A DNA stretch of 32,459 nucleotides from Dokdonella sp. (GTDB lineage Bacteria > Pseudomonadota > Gammaproteobacteria > Xanthomonadales > Rhodanobacteraceae). The stretch covers positions 1-32,459 of the forward strand of contig JBDSNK010000073.1 in assembly GCA_039915385.1 (NCBI GenBank). Direction: 5' to 3'. A program made the translations under genes and the position numbers. Shown here piece by piece: positions 8,983 to 19,575 of the stretch (positions are counted from its first letter, which is position 1; every line of letters begins with the position of its first letter). Under the pieces are notes generated by a model. The model worked only from the letters and a program-made list of their open reading frames with translations. It did no database searches and was not told the DNA's origin.

Positions 8983-10785
8983 ATGTCCACATCCATCCGT
9001 CGCATCATGGTCCCGCTCGCGGGCTTCCTGCTCATCGGCACGCATGTTGCGTTGGCGAGTTGCCTTCGCTATGTCGGCGATACGGCAAGCGACCCCCAGT
9101 GCACGGACAACGACATCCAGTCCGCGATCAACAACGTGGATTGCCCGAACAGCCTCATTGTCATCACCGGCGAGCACACCTACACCGTCCAGCACCTGGA
9201 TATCAACGGCAAGAGCGTGACCCTCAAGGGAACCGACAATGCCTGCGGCTTGTTCTTCGAACCGCCGCCGCCGACGTCGCCGCGCATCAGGATCAGCGGT
9301 GCTGGCCACGCCGGCGACAGCGTGCTTCACGTCCACGGCGACAGCGATGTGACGCTGCAGTATTTGAGCATCGAAAGCGGCAACAACCTCGGCGGCTACG
9401 GCGGTGGCATTCAATTCGCAGGGACCGGCTCGCTTGTATTGGACACAACGACCATCAAGAACAACATGGCCGACTATGGCGGCGGCATCAACTTTACCGG
9501 CTCCGGTGGTACGGCCGTGCTCACTCTGGACGCCTACAGCCAGATCATCAGCAACTCCGCGGCAGGCTCCGGCGGCGGCATCCGAATCGACGGCCAAAGT
9601 TTCCTGTCGGCGACGCACGACAGCACCCTGATCGCGCTCAACCACGCACCCAACGGCTACGGCGGCGGCCTCAATGTGGTCGGACCTGCGCACGCGGATA
9701 TTGGATCACCGGGATTGGGTGTCGGCATCGTTTACTCAAACGATGCAAAGTATGGCGGCGGCATCGCGATCACCAGCAGCGGAGACAATGATGCCAAGGT
9801 CAATTTATTCACGACAGATCCGTTGCGCCCTGTCCGCATCACGGACAATTCCGCGTCGAGCAGCGGCGGTGCGATCTACATGAAAGGCCATGTGGGCACG
9901 ATCGGATCATTCACGTACAGCAAAGCGATCCTGTGTGCGCTCGATTTCCGCATCGACAACAACTCGGCTGCAGAGGGTAGCGCGATCCATGCCAATTCCG
10001 ACTCCAACCCCACCTTTGCCTCCGGAAGCCTGGTGGTCCTCAATGGCTGTACCGATTTGCCATCTTCGGCACTGCGCTGCGCCCCCGGGGTGCCCTGCAA
10101 TACGATCAACGGCAACGACGCGACAGATGGACAAGGCAATGCAACGCTCGGCGCGGCCATCCGGGTCGACGAAGCGTCCACCTTCCGCGGCAATCGATTC
10201 GCCATGCAAGGCAACCGGGGCGGATATGCGATCCGGTTCGTCGGCGATGCCGCGGATGCGGTCACATCAAACTGCTTGCTCACCGACAATGAGCTCAGTC
10301 GCCAGTTGCTGAACATCGGCAGCAGCAATCTCGACATCAGCAACTGCACGCTGGCAAACAACGCGATCCTGTCCACCGACACGATCCACGCCGAAGGCGG
10401 GCTGAGCCTGTCCGACAGCATCATCGACCAACCCGGCAATCTGGCGCTCGCCTACAGCGGTAACGCCGACTCCCTGCAGGTCAAATATGTGTTGTCGAGC
10501 GACATCAGTACGCTGCCAGCCGGCAGCAGCGTCATCGCCGGCGCACCGACCTATGTCGATGGGGCCAATGGCGACTACCACCTGCAGATAGCATCGCTGG
10601 GTGTCGACTTCGCGCCGACGACCGAAGCCGACGCGCGCGATCTGGACAATCGTGCGCGCGACGTGGATTTGCCATCCGTCATCAACGCCTTCGGCAGACG
10701 CGACCTGGGCGCTTACGAGATTCCACGCATGTACGCTTGCAACGTCGCCGACAGCATCTTCTGCGACCGATTTGAAGTTCTTTGA
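8983..10785 (+). CDS. Secreted beta-helix protein with GG[GA]I repeats and choice-of-anchor-Q-like C-terminus
   Basis: Signal peptide from the ATG at 8983; many 'N.A..GGGI' repeats; 'GDYHLQIASLGVD...RDLDNRAR...DLGAYE'; ends DSIFCDRFEVL. Confidence 0.85.
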   Translation: MSTSIRRIMVPLAGFLLIGTHVALASCLRYVGDTASDPQCTDNDIQSAINNVDCPNSLIVITGEHTYTVQHLDINGKSVTLKGTDNACGLFFEPPPPTSPRIRISGAGHAGDSVLHVHGDSDVTLQYLSIESGNNLGGYGGGIQFAGTGSLVLDTTTIKNNMADYGGGINFTGSGGTAVLTLDAYSQIISNSAAGSGGGIRIDGQSFLSATHDSTLIALNHAPNGYGGGLNVVGPAHADIGSPGLGVGIVYSNDAKYGGGIAITSSGDNDAKVNLFTTDPLRPVRITDNSASSSGGAIYMKGHVGTIGSFTYSKAILCALDFRIDNNSAAEGSAIHANSDSNPTFASGSLVVLNGCTDLPSSALRCAPGVPCNTINGNDATDGQGNATLGAAIRVDEASTFRGNRFAMQGNRGGYAIRFVGDAADAVTSNCLLTDNELSRQLLNIGSSNLDISNCTLANNAILSTDTIHAEGGLSLSDSIIDQPGNLALAYSGNADSLQVKYVLSSDISTLPAGSSVIAGAPTYVDGANGDYHLQIASLGVDFAPTTEADARDLDNRARDVDLPSVINAFGRRDLGAYEIPRMYACNVADSIFCDRFEVL

Positions 10786-10865
10786 TGGTCGCGGCGCGAA
10801 TCCGGCAACGCAAAAGACCCGGGGTGGTTTGGAGCCGCCGAATTCGATCGAGGCGCTGAATCACT

Positions 10866-11030
10866 TCACGCAGAGATCGCTGACCAGCTCACGATCTCGT
10901 TCGCATGCAGCGCACGTTCGCCGTCGGGGGTGAATGTCTTCGTCGGAAAATCAAACACCGCCTGCACGCGCGGTTCCTCGCGCTCGAGCTCAATCCACAC
11001 GCGTTGCTGGTCGTCAGGGAACTCGCTCAT
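10866..11030 (-). CDS. Small hypothetical protein (54 aa)
   Basis: AAGGAG RBS 7 nt before the ATG at 11030; MSEFPDDQQRVWIELEREEPRVQAVFDF...EIVSWSAISA. Confidence 0.55.
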   Translation of the reverse strand: MSEFPDDQQRVWIELEREEPRVQAVFDFPTKTFTPDGERALHANEIVSWSAISA

Positions 11031-11319
11031 CGCACTGCTCCTTCGCTTGAGACGATGAAACAGCTTGGCAGAAATCGCGTGTGTGGCATATGCCTGCGTG
11101 GTGGTGGCCGTTTGGATCACACTGCCTGGAGCCCGAACGGGTCCCACGCACTGTTTGCTAGACCGGAGAGTCGACTTCCTGCCGGCTGCGCTCAATCAAG
11201 CGCACCGCGCCCCTCGTTTTTCCCCGAGTGGTTTGATCCCCTCCCACAGGCGCCGCTTCGAATGGCCGGATCAGGCGCACAATCGCGTATACACTCGTAT
11301 CGAAAGCCAAGAGCCTGCC

Positions 11320-13398
11320 ATGACCATCCGTCGCACGTTGACCGGCCTCGCCCTCCTGGTCGCCGTATCCATGACCACGGCCATGGCGCAGCCGCTCGTC
11401 GTTTACGACGACATGCTGCAGAACGGCTTCAGCAACTGGTCGTACGGCGGCGGCAGCAACTTCGCCAACACGACACCGGTGCACGGCGGCACTCAATCGA
11501 TCGCGCTCACCGGCAACAATTTCAATGCCGTTTCGTTCACCCACGAATCGGGGCTGCTGTCGACGGCCAGCTACCCGATCCTGCATTTCTGGATTCACGG
11601 CGGCACCAGCGGCAATCAGGCGCTGACGCTGGTGCTGCAGACGAACTGCAGCGCGTCGGGCAACCCGTGCGCGACAGTCGGACAGGCAGATCTCAACGGC
11701 TTCATCGCGGGCGGCGCAGCGGGCGCCGGCACGTGGCGCGAAGTGACGGTGCCGATCACGCAAGCGCCGCTGTCCTATTCGGGCAACTACGACCGTTTCG
11801 ACATTCAGAGCAACACAGCCGCTGCGCAGGCAACCGTCTACTTCGACGACATCGACCTGCAATCGGGCACGGCCGTCATCGACCCGATTTTCGCCAACGG
11901 CTTCGAAGGTTCGCTGCCGGCCGTGAACGGTCTCGTCGAAGAGCACGATGTTATCGTCGCTGCGATGGTCAGCGACCGCTTCAGCTGGCGCGACGCGGCG
12001 AACAAGCCGCGCGTCGCAGTGCTCGCGCACAACGACGGGCAAACCGGTCCAACCGCGCCCGGCGGTTATCCGAACCGCGGCGGCGCGCTGCGCGAATTCC
12101 GCTACCAGATGCCGGACAACTCGACCCGCGTTGCCGACGTCACCAACTACGGCAACGGTGGCGAGGGCGGCTTCGGCTACGTCGTCTCACATTCGGCGTG
12201 GCCGAGCAACGGTGGCGGCTGCAACGGCGACGACTCGCCACTCGGTTACGGTACGCCCGGCGCGTTCCAGCGCGTGTTCGAGGGTCGCCATCATGCGATC
12301 TTCCGCTTCACGCAGAACTACCCGCGCCATTGCAGCTCCGCGCCCGGCGGCGCGACGAGCGCGGTGCCGGTCACGATCGACTGGACCTTCTCGACCGGAC
12401 GCGACAATCCGCTCTGGTCGATCACCTACGACATGAGCGCGTTGCCGGCCGACTACCTGTTCGACGATTCGCGCGCCCCGTATGGCGAGTTGAACATCGA
12501 CGGCAACGGCGCGAACGACATCAGCGGCGTCGGCTGGGGCGACCGCTGGCAGTTCAACAGCACGACCACGCCGGTGACGCTCGACAGTGCATGGACCTGG
12601 AACGTGCCGAACACGGTGCCGTATGTGAAGCTCTGGGTCACGTCGACGAACGCGACGATGGGGACCGTGCAGAGCCAGACGATGACGCAGCAGGATGCCG
12701 GCTCGCGTAACGCGTTCTACCATGACATCACCGCGTACTGGAACAAGACCAGCGCGCAAGGCAACGCCGGCGGCGCCTACGCCATGCCGTGGCAGGACAG
12801 CTGGCCGTACCAGGCCAATTCCTACTCGATCGACGTCGGTGCATCGAACAACAACGCGCGGCTGACCTGGGGCACGTCGTACGGCTTCCTCGGCCAGACG
12901 AGCTACAGCGTGCACGACGGCGTCGTCGCGAATGCGCCGGGCTATCCGAAGAAGAGCTATGCGGTCTACGTCGTGCTCGGACCGGACAGCGTCGCGCCCG
13001 TCGAAGCGCAGCGCGGCGACGTCGAGACAATCCAGACACTCACCATCACTGCGAGTATCGGCAGCGTCGCCACAACGGGTCCTGCGGGTCCCGCGCGCGT
13101 CGACACGATTACCTACGCACCTACCGGCTACGACCCGGTCTATGGCGCACTGACGTTCGCCGCAGCCGGCAACTCGCTCGACGCCAACATCGCAGTCGGC
13201 GCCGGCGACACGCTCAAGCATCCGATGCTCATCGTGCGCGGCATGAGCGCCTATCCGTCGACGGTCAAACTCAACGGCACGATGCTGACGGCGGATGCCG
13301 ACTACTTCCCGTCATTGCGTGCCGATGCGAACGAGTTGTGGCTCACCCTCAACCGCGATCTGTCCGGCGCGACGAACCATGTGCAGTTGCAACCTTAG
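11320..13398 (+). CDS. Secreted protein: CBM-like N-terminal domain plus large uncharacterised Trp/Tyr/Gly-rich domain
   Basis: Signal peptide ending TAMA-Q; 'VYDDMLQNGFSNWSY...LHFWIHGG...YFDDIDL' resembles a jelly-roll carbohydrate-binding module; internal DPIFANGFE at the domain boundary. Confidence 0.8.
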   Translation: MTIRRTLTGLALLVAVSMTTAMAQPLVVYDDMLQNGFSNWSYGGGSNFANTTPVHGGTQSIALTGNNFNAVSFTHESGLLSTASYPILHFWIHGGTSGNQALTLVLQTNCSASGNPCATVGQADLNGFIAGGAAGAGTWREVTVPITQAPLSYSGNYDRFDIQSNTAAAQATVYFDDIDLQSGTAVIDPIFANGFEGSLPAVNGLVEEHDVIVAAMVSDRFSWRDAANKPRVAVLAHNDGQTGPTAPGGYPNRGGALREFRYQMPDNSTRVADVTNYGNGGEGGFGYVVSHSAWPSNGGGCNGDDSPLGYGTPGAFQRVFEGRHHAIFRFTQNYPRHCSSAPGGATSAVPVTIDWTFSTGRDNPLWSITYDMSALPADYLFDDSRAPYGELNIDGNGANDISGVGWGDRWQFNSTTTPVTLDSAWTWNVPNTVPYVKLWVTSTNATMGTVQSQTMTQQDAGSRNAFYHDITAYWNKTSAQGNAGGAYAMPWQDSWPYQANSYSIDVGASNNNARLTWGTSYGFLGQTSYSVHDGVVANAPGYPKKSYAVYVVLGPDSVAPVEAQRGDVETIQTLTITASIGSVATTGPAGPARVDTITYAPTGYDPVYGALTFAAAGNSLDANIAVGAGDTLKHPMLIVRGMSAYPSTVKLNGTMLTADADYFPSLRADANELWLTLNRDLSGATNHVQLQP

Positions 13399-13403
13399 AC
13401 GCG

Positions 13404-13714
13404 CATCGCGGCTGAAGCCGCTCCCACCATGCAGCGCGCACCTCAGCCCTCCCCTTCAAGGGGAGGGTTGGGTGGGGATGGTGTACACGCCGCGGAGAAC
13501 ATCGCGGCTGAAGCCGCTCCCACAGGGTCCAACTTCACGTGTGGGAGCGCCGGAAGGCGCGATGCACTTGTCGAGTGGCCCCGAGCATCGCGACTGAAGT
13601 CGCTCCCACAGATAATTGCTCCCACAAGGGGCCGGTCCCCGCAGAAGTGCGAGTGCGGCGTTGATCTTTTCTTGTGCGAGCAACTGTCTGTGGAAGCGGC
13701 TTCAGCCGCGATGC
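13404..13714. repeat. REP cluster (GTGGGAGCGGCTTCAGCCGCGATG family plus CCCTCCCCTTCAAGGGGAGGG family)
   Basis: Copies at 13404-13427, 13500-13524 and 13585-13610; inverted copies at 13540-13565 and 13689-13714; palindrome of the second family at 13447-13467. Confidence 0.88.
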
Positions 13715-14029
13715 GTTTCCAGTTTCGACTAAGAGCAGCACGCGCTCGAATGCACTTCGATCGGGAGACTGGGACCGGACGAGCCCCTCGCCCGCCGCCG
13801 CAAATTCGCATGCAGAGCCGTCATTGTTGCGCAATCGGCAAGCGAGTCTTGATCGATCCCGACGGTGGATCGATCCCGATCAAGCGACCAAGGAAACCGT
13901 GTCAGACTCGGGTCTTGCTGCAGGCTGCGCTCCCTCGAGAGCGAAGTCCGCCCTTGATCCGAGAATCGGCCAACCGCCGAGATGCATCTAGTCCATGTCT
14001 GACAACCACACCTGCCACCGGGGAACATC

Positions 14030-15418
14030 ATGTCTATCCGCCACACGTGTATAGCCGCCTGTATTGCCCTGGCGTGCACTTCGATGTCGCACGCCACAGC
14101 CGAAACGACCGCACATGCGATGCCCGAAACCATGGACATGTTGCGCCACGCGATTGCGACGCAAACGGAACAAGGCAAAGACAAGGTTCCCGAGCTGGCC
14201 CGCTATCTCGCCGACAAACTGGAATCGGCGGGTTTTGCGAAAGCGGACATCGAGATCATTCCGGTCGACCACACCGCCGCACTGGTTGCGCATTACCGCG
14301 GCAGCGGCAAGGGTAAGCCGATCCTCCTTTCCGCGCATATGGACGTGGTCACGGCGAATCCGAAAGACTGGACGCGCGACCCGTTCACGCTGATCGAGGA
14401 AAACGGCTACCTCTACGGCCGCGGAACCGCCGACATGAAAACCGATGTCATCAGCCTGGTTGAAACAATGATGCGCTTCAAGCGCGAAGGCTTCGTGCCG
14501 GGGCGCGAGATGATCCTTGTTTTTTCGGGTGACGAGGAGACCGAGATGGCCTCCACGCGCGAACTGGCCAAGCGCTATCACGACGCCGAATTCCTGCTCA
14601 ATGCAGATGCCGGCGGCGGCACCTTCGACGATCAACTCAAGCCGGTGGAATACGAAATTCAGGCAGCCGAGAAAACCTACGCAGACTTCGTGCTCACGGT
14701 GACCTCGCCCGGCGGTCATTCCAGCGAACCCACGCCGGATAATGCGATCTATCGGCTCAACAAGGCGCTCGACCACGTCGAGGCACATGCATTCCCCGTG
14801 CAGCACAACGACATCACCCTCGCTTCGCTGAAGGCACTCGGCGAACACACCAGCGGCCCATTGGCACAGGCCATGTTGAAATTCAGCGCCAATCCGGATG
14901 ACGCCGCGGCCGCAGCCACCATCTCGGCCGACCCCGCGTATGTCGGCCAATTGCGCACGACCTGCGTGGTGACGATGATCGACGGCGGCCACGCGCTCAA
15001 CGCGCTGCCCCAGCGCGCCACCGCCAACATCAACTGCCGCATCTTCCCCGGCGTGAGCATCGATGCGGTGCAGACCACGTTGAACAGCGTGGTTGCAGAT
15101 CCGACCGTGAAGATCACCGTGCAACAGCCACCGCCCGTGCAAAGTCCGTCGTCGCCACTGCGTGCGGACATCGTGGCGGCGGTCACGTCAACCGTGCACG
15201 AGCGTTTCCCGGGCGTACAGATCGTGCCAGGGATGTCCTCCGGCGCGTCCGATAGCCTGTACTTCCGCAATGCCGGCGTGCCGAGTTACGGCGTCTCACC
15301 CAACTTCGGCAAGGCGAACGACTCATTCGCACACGGCCTCAACGAAAAGCTGCTCGCGTCAGAGGTGCCGGCGGCACTCGATTTCTGGCACAGCCTGCTG
15401 ACGAAGTTGGCGAAGTAG
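14030..15418 (+). CDS. Secreted M20/M25/M40 family metallopeptidase
   Basis: Signal peptide; 'AHMDVV', 'YGRGTADMK', 'GDEET', 'GGHSS', 'AHGLNE' metal-binding motifs. Confidence 0.93.
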   Translation: MSIRHTCIAACIALACTSMSHATAETTAHAMPETMDMLRHAIATQTEQGKDKVPELARYLADKLESAGFAKADIEIIPVDHTAALVAHYRGSGKGKPILLSAHMDVVTANPKDWTRDPFTLIEENGYLYGRGTADMKTDVISLVETMMRFKREGFVPGREMILVFSGDEETEMASTRELAKRYHDAEFLLNADAGGGTFDDQLKPVEYEIQAAEKTYADFVLTVTSPGGHSSEPTPDNAIYRLNKALDHVEAHAFPVQHNDITLASLKALGEHTSGPLAQAMLKFSANPDDAAAAATISADPAYVGQLRTTCVVTMIDGGHALNALPQRATANINCRIFPGVSIDAVQTTLNSVVADPTVKITVQQPPPVQSPSSPLRADIVAAVTSTVHERFPGVQIVPGMSSGASDSLYFRNAGVPSYGVSPNFGKANDSFAHGLNEKLLASEVPAALDFWHSLLTKLAK

Positions 15419-15674
15419 CGGTACAAAACAAGCGATCGGAACTCGCCCTTCGCATTGCGCTTCGATGGACGAACAGGTCCTTCGTTTCGCCCAAATCCAT
15501 GGTCTGCAACTCTGCAAGGAGTCAGCCAGTTGGTCGTCACGCTAGCGCGAAACAGAGCCGGGTTGCTCGCCACGAACTGACTACAGCCGTCCCCTGAATT
15601 GGAAGCAGGTGTCAGTGCTGGCGAGCCATCAGCTGTTCTGTTAGGTTTTCAGCCTTCACTCTCAGCGCGAAGGC

Positions 15675-18600
15675 ATGCGACTCATGTTGATCTCCCGCCT
15701 GCTTGGCAGCGCCTTCGTTGGCACAGCATTGACCGCGCTTGGTGCGACGACGCTGATTTCGTTGTCCAGCGCGCAATCCACAGTCGCTGCCGACACAGCG
15801 CAGCCCGCGCCCCTTTATTCCGACATGCACTGGCGCGCCATCGGGCCGACGCGAGGCGGCAGAGCGCGGGCGCTCTCCGGAGTCGCGACGCAGCCCAACG
15901 TGTTCTACGCCGGCTATGACAACGGCGGTATCTGGAAGTCGACCGACTATGGCTCCAACTGGCTGCCCTTGTTCGACAAGGAGTCGACCGGGTCGATAGG
16001 TGCGATCGCCGTCGCGGCGTCGAATCCGAACATCATCTATGTCGGTTCCGGTGCAGGAATCATCCGACCTGATCTGTCCGTCGGCGATGGTGTCTACAAA
16101 TCGATCGACGCGGGCGCCACCTGGACGCATCTGGGACTGCGCGACAGCCAGATGATCGCCAACATCGTGGTGGATCCCAAAAATCCCGATCGGCTTTTCG
16201 TCGCCGTGCTCGGTCATCCCTACGGACCCAATGCGGAGCGCGGAATCTTCCGTTCCACCGACGGCGGCAAGACGTTCGACAAGGTGTTGTACAAGGATGA
16301 ATACACCAGCGGCAACGACGTTCGCATCGATCCATCGAATCCGAACATCGTGTACGCGGCATTGTGGCAGCAGCAACAGAGTTATCTGGAAGGCGCGGAG
16401 TTCGCCGGAACGAACGGCGGCATCTTCAAGTCGATCGACGGCGGGAGCACGTGGAAGCGTCTCGCCGATGGATTGCCCGTGGGCATAATCGAAGCCAACC
16501 TCACCATTGCCGTGCATGATCCAGGCACGATTTACGCGATGGTCGCGGGCACGGCGGGCGTGGTGCCGACGAAACTTGAAGAGACGACGGGAACGGTCGC
16601 TTTCTATCGATCGACCGATGCCGGCGAGCACTGGACGTTGCTGACCCACGGTTCCGACGCCGCTCCCGCAAGCGGCGGCAAGCTGGACCCACGACCGCTG
16701 GCGCGTATTGGCGGCGGAGATCTGCCGACGATCGCCGTCGACGCAACGAATTCCAACGTCGTCTACGTCGCGTCGACGGTGCTCTGGCGCACGGAAGATG
16801 GCGGAACTTCCTGGAGCGCGGTTCGTGGCAGTCCAGGTGGCGACGACTATCAAAACGTTTGGGTCAATCCGGTCGATCCAAACATCCTTCTCGTGGTGAG
16901 CGATCAGGGTGCGGTGGTTTCAGGCAATCGCGGCGTGTCGTGGAGCAACTGGTACAACCAGCTCACCGCTGCGATGTATCACGTGTCGACGGATGACGCA
17001 TTTCCCTATCGCGTGTGCGGCGGTCAGCAGGATTCGGGGTCAGCGTGCGTCGACAGCCGATCGATGGACGGAGAGATCACGTTCCACGACTGGCATCCGG
17101 TCAACCTGCAGGAATATGGCATCGCCGCCAGCGATCCGGCAGATCCCGATCTGGTCTTCGGCAGCGAACGCCGCGACGTCAGCTTGTATAACCGCACGAC
17201 GGCGCAAACCACTCACGTCGGCCCCGGCAAGGAGCAACGAGGCAGCGAGTACGGCCGCAACGTGCGCACGATGCCGATGCTGTGGTCGCCGGTGGATCCA
17301 AAAATCCTGTTCTACACATCGAACGTCGTCTGGAAGTCGACCGACCACGCCCACAGCTGGACGCGCATCAGCCCCGATCTCGCCCGACCAACGTGGAAGA
17401 TTCCGGCGACGACCGGCAAGTATGCGGCCAGCGTGAAGCCCAAGGCTGCCGGAAGCATCACCGCGCTCTCCGCGTCACCGCGTGATGTCAACGTGCTGTG
17501 GGCCGGAACCGATGACGGCAACATCCAGATGACTTCCGATGGTGGTGCGCGCTGGGTCAACGTGACGCCGCCGGCGATCAAGCCGTGGACGCGCATCTTC
17601 AACATTGATGCCAGTCATTTCGATACGGCGACGGCCTATGCCGCCGCAAACACGCTGCGCATTGATGACATGAATCCGCATTTCCTGCGCACGCACGATG
17701 GCGGCAAGACCTGGACCGAAATCAATCGCGGCATTGCGCCCGGTGCGGTGGCGAACTCGATTCGTGAAGACCCACGCAAAGCCGGCTTGCTGTATGCATC
17801 CACCGACACCCAGGTTTGGGTCTCGTTCGATGATGGCGATCAGTGGCAGTCGCTCCGGCTCGACATGCCTGCGGTCTCCATACGCGATCTGCAGGTGAAG
17901 GATGACAGCGGCTGCATGTGCTCCGACCTCGTCGCCGCGACGCATGGCCGCGGTTTCTACATTCTCGACGACGTCACTCCGCTGCGGCAGGCCGCCGAAG
18001 CGCGCAGTGCCCAAGCCGCCTATCTGTTCAAGCCGCAGGAGGCGGTGCGCATCCGCATGGCGACGAATGATCCGACACCCTGGCCACCGGAAGTTCCAGC
18101 CGGAGAGAATCCACCCAACGGAGCGATCATCGACTACTTTCTGGCGTCCAGTGTGTCCGGTCCGGTCACGATCGACATCCTCGATGCCGACAACACGGTC
18201 GTGCGCACTTACACGAGTGAGCTCAAGCGCGAAGCGGACCCAGCAGTGGAACGCGCTGCCTACAACAAGGTCTGTCAGGCCTCACCGGAATCGTCCGACT
18301 GTGCCGTGCCTCTGTACTGGCCATCGCGCATCAAGTCGGTTCCGACCAGCGCAGGCATGCACCGCATCAGCTGGAACATGCGCTACCAGCCGCTCGCAAC
18401 CGAGCGCCAGGAAATTGAAGTCGCTGTGCCCCATCGCAGCTCGCCACCACCGAGTTCGCCCTGGGCTCCACCCGGCGACTACACGGTGCGTCTCACGGTT
18501 GCCGGAAAAAATTACACGCAACCGCTCACCGTTCGGCTCGATCCGCGCGTCAAGACGCCAGCACCGGCTTTGCAGGAGAACAACACGTTGTCGCTCGAGA

Positions 18601-19070
18601 TGTATGCGCTCGCGCGCACCACGCGCATGGCCTACGGGCAAGCGCATGATCTTGGTCTGCAAGTTGCAAGGCTCGTGCAGGCTCAGTCCAAGGAAGGCAA
18701 CGAGTTCAAGAGCGCAATCGATGCGATCGCGCCAGATGAGTTACGCGGCGACGCGCGCGAGGCAGCCAAAGATCGCGGCGGTGCGCATCGGCCACCGACA
18801 CTCAATGAAGCGAGCGATGCGGCACTTGGTGCATCGTTGGCGCTGCAGTCTGCCGACACGGCACCGACAGCGGCGCAGATTGAAGTCTGTGCTCAGGCTC
18901 GCACTCAAGTAAAGGAAGTGATGTCGCGCTGGGAGATCGTGCAGTCGAAGGATTTGTCGGCGTTCAACGCGATGTTGCAAGCCAAGGGGCAGCCCGCTTT
19001 GACGTTGCCACCGCTGAGAACGCCAGCTGCGTTGCCGAGCGATGAAAATGGCAACCACAACGAAGAGTAG
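15675..19070 (+). CDS. BNR/Asp-box (VPS10/sialidase-like) repeat glycosyl-hydrolase-like protein
   Basis: 'WRAIGPTRGGR'; many S/T-x-D-x-G-x-T/S-W Asp boxes; 'GGQQDSG', 'ATHGRG', 'PGDYTVRL'. Confidence 0.92.
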   Translation: MRLMLISRLLGSAFVGTALTALGATTLISLSSAQSTVAADTAQPAPLYSDMHWRAIGPTRGGRARALSGVATQPNVFYAGYDNGGIWKSTDYGSNWLPLFDKESTGSIGAIAVAASNPNIIYVGSGAGIIRPDLSVGDGVYKSIDAGATWTHLGLRDSQMIANIVVDPKNPDRLFVAVLGHPYGPNAERGIFRSTDGGKTFDKVLYKDEYTSGNDVRIDPSNPNIVYAALWQQQQSYLEGAEFAGTNGGIFKSIDGGSTWKRLADGLPVGIIEANLTIAVHDPGTIYAMVAGTAGVVPTKLEETTGTVAFYRSTDAGEHWTLLTHGSDAAPASGGKLDPRPLARIGGGDLPTIAVDATNSNVVYVASTVLWRTEDGGTSWSAVRGSPGGDDYQNVWVNPVDPNILLVVSDQGAVVSGNRGVSWSNWYNQLTAAMYHVSTDDAFPYRVCGGQQDSGSACVDSRSMDGEITFHDWHPVNLQEYGIAASDPADPDLVFGSERRDVSLYNRTTAQTTHVGPGKEQRGSEYGRNVRTMPMLWSPVDPKILFYTSNVVWKSTDHAHSWTRISPDLARPTWKIPATTGKYAASVKPKAAGSITALSASPRDVNVLWAGTDDGNIQMTSDGGARWVNVTPPAIKPWTRIFNIDASHFDTATAYAAANTLRIDDMNPHFLRTHDGGKTWTEINRGIAPGAVANSIREDPRKAGLLYASTDTQVWVSFDDGDQWQSLRLDMPAVSIRDLQVKDDSGCMCSDLVAATHGRGFYILDDVTPLRQAAEARSAQAAYLFKPQEAVRIRMATNDPTPWPPEVPAGENPPNGAIIDYFLASSVSGPVTIDILDADNTVVRTYTSELKREADPAVERAAYNKVCQASPESSDCAVPLYWPSRIKSVPTSAGMHRISWNMRYQPLATERQEIEVAVPHRSSPPPSSPWAPPGDYTVRLTVAGKNYTQPLTVRLDPRVKTPAPALQENNTLSLEMYALARTTRMAYGQAHDLGLQVARLVQAQSKEGNEFKSAIDAIAPDELRGDAREAAKDRGGAHRPPTLNEASDAALGASLALQSADTAPTAAQIEVCAQARTQVKEVMSRWEIVQSKDLSAFNAMLQAKGQPALTLPPLRTPAALPSDENGNHNEE

Positions 19071-19125
19071 AAGTAGGAAGCGATCATTTGACGTCAAGCG
19101 AGAAGGGGAAAGTGCAACCTGACCC

Positions 19126-19575
19126 TTGTTTTGCTTACTGTCTGAGCGCCGAGAATCGATTGTCCTCGCGTTCGGCATCGTCGTGATCAATACCGGAGCA
19201 GTGCTGGCCAACAAACCGTATCTCTCACTGTGGTATGGCGATCTTCCATCTGCGCATATCACCGTCGCGCCGAATCAGCCCGATCTGTATCCGCTGCGCC
19301 GAGGCTTGATGCCTGGTTTCAGCATCGTCGGGCGCGACGGAATCGACCTTGCGCCAAACGAGGTCGATCAACTATGCGACATCGTGATTACTGTTTCTCT
19401 GGCCTATGATCGCCAGATCTTTCTCAAAGGCACGATCGAGGCGGAGCATGCCCCACCTCAACATTTCTCCGCCACGGTAACAGTCGAGTTGTTGGCCGCA
19501 GCCATAGCGCGCGCCACCAACAACGAGATGTTGCGGAGCTCCGACTTTATGGTCTTTGAGCCGGCCATTCATTGA
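19126..19575 (+). CDS. Hypothetical protein or degraded gene
   Basis: 149-codon ORF with protein-like composition but only a TTG start. A nearby AAGGGG-GTG (19112) is in another frame. Confidence 0.3.
   Translation: MFCLLSERRESIVLAFGIVVINTGAVLANKPYLSLWYGDLPSAHITVAPNQPDLYPLRRGLMPGFSIVGRDGIDLAPNEVDQLCDIVITVSLAYDRQIFLKGTIEAEHAPPQHFSATVTVELLAAAIARATNNEMLRSSDFMVFEPAIH

Noticed and set aside
10905-12710. 601-aa alternative-frame ORF and similar long shadow ORFs (e.g. 28276-29556, 15612-16853)
   Set aside because: These are frame or antisense shadows of real genes, as expected in high-GC DNA.
13404-13714. Possible CRISPR array
   Set aside because: Repeats occur in both orientations with irregular spacing and no cas genes, which fits REPs.
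13429-14316. 295-aa ORF across the repeat cluster
   Set aside because: It translates REP sequence and overlaps the M20 gene out of frame.
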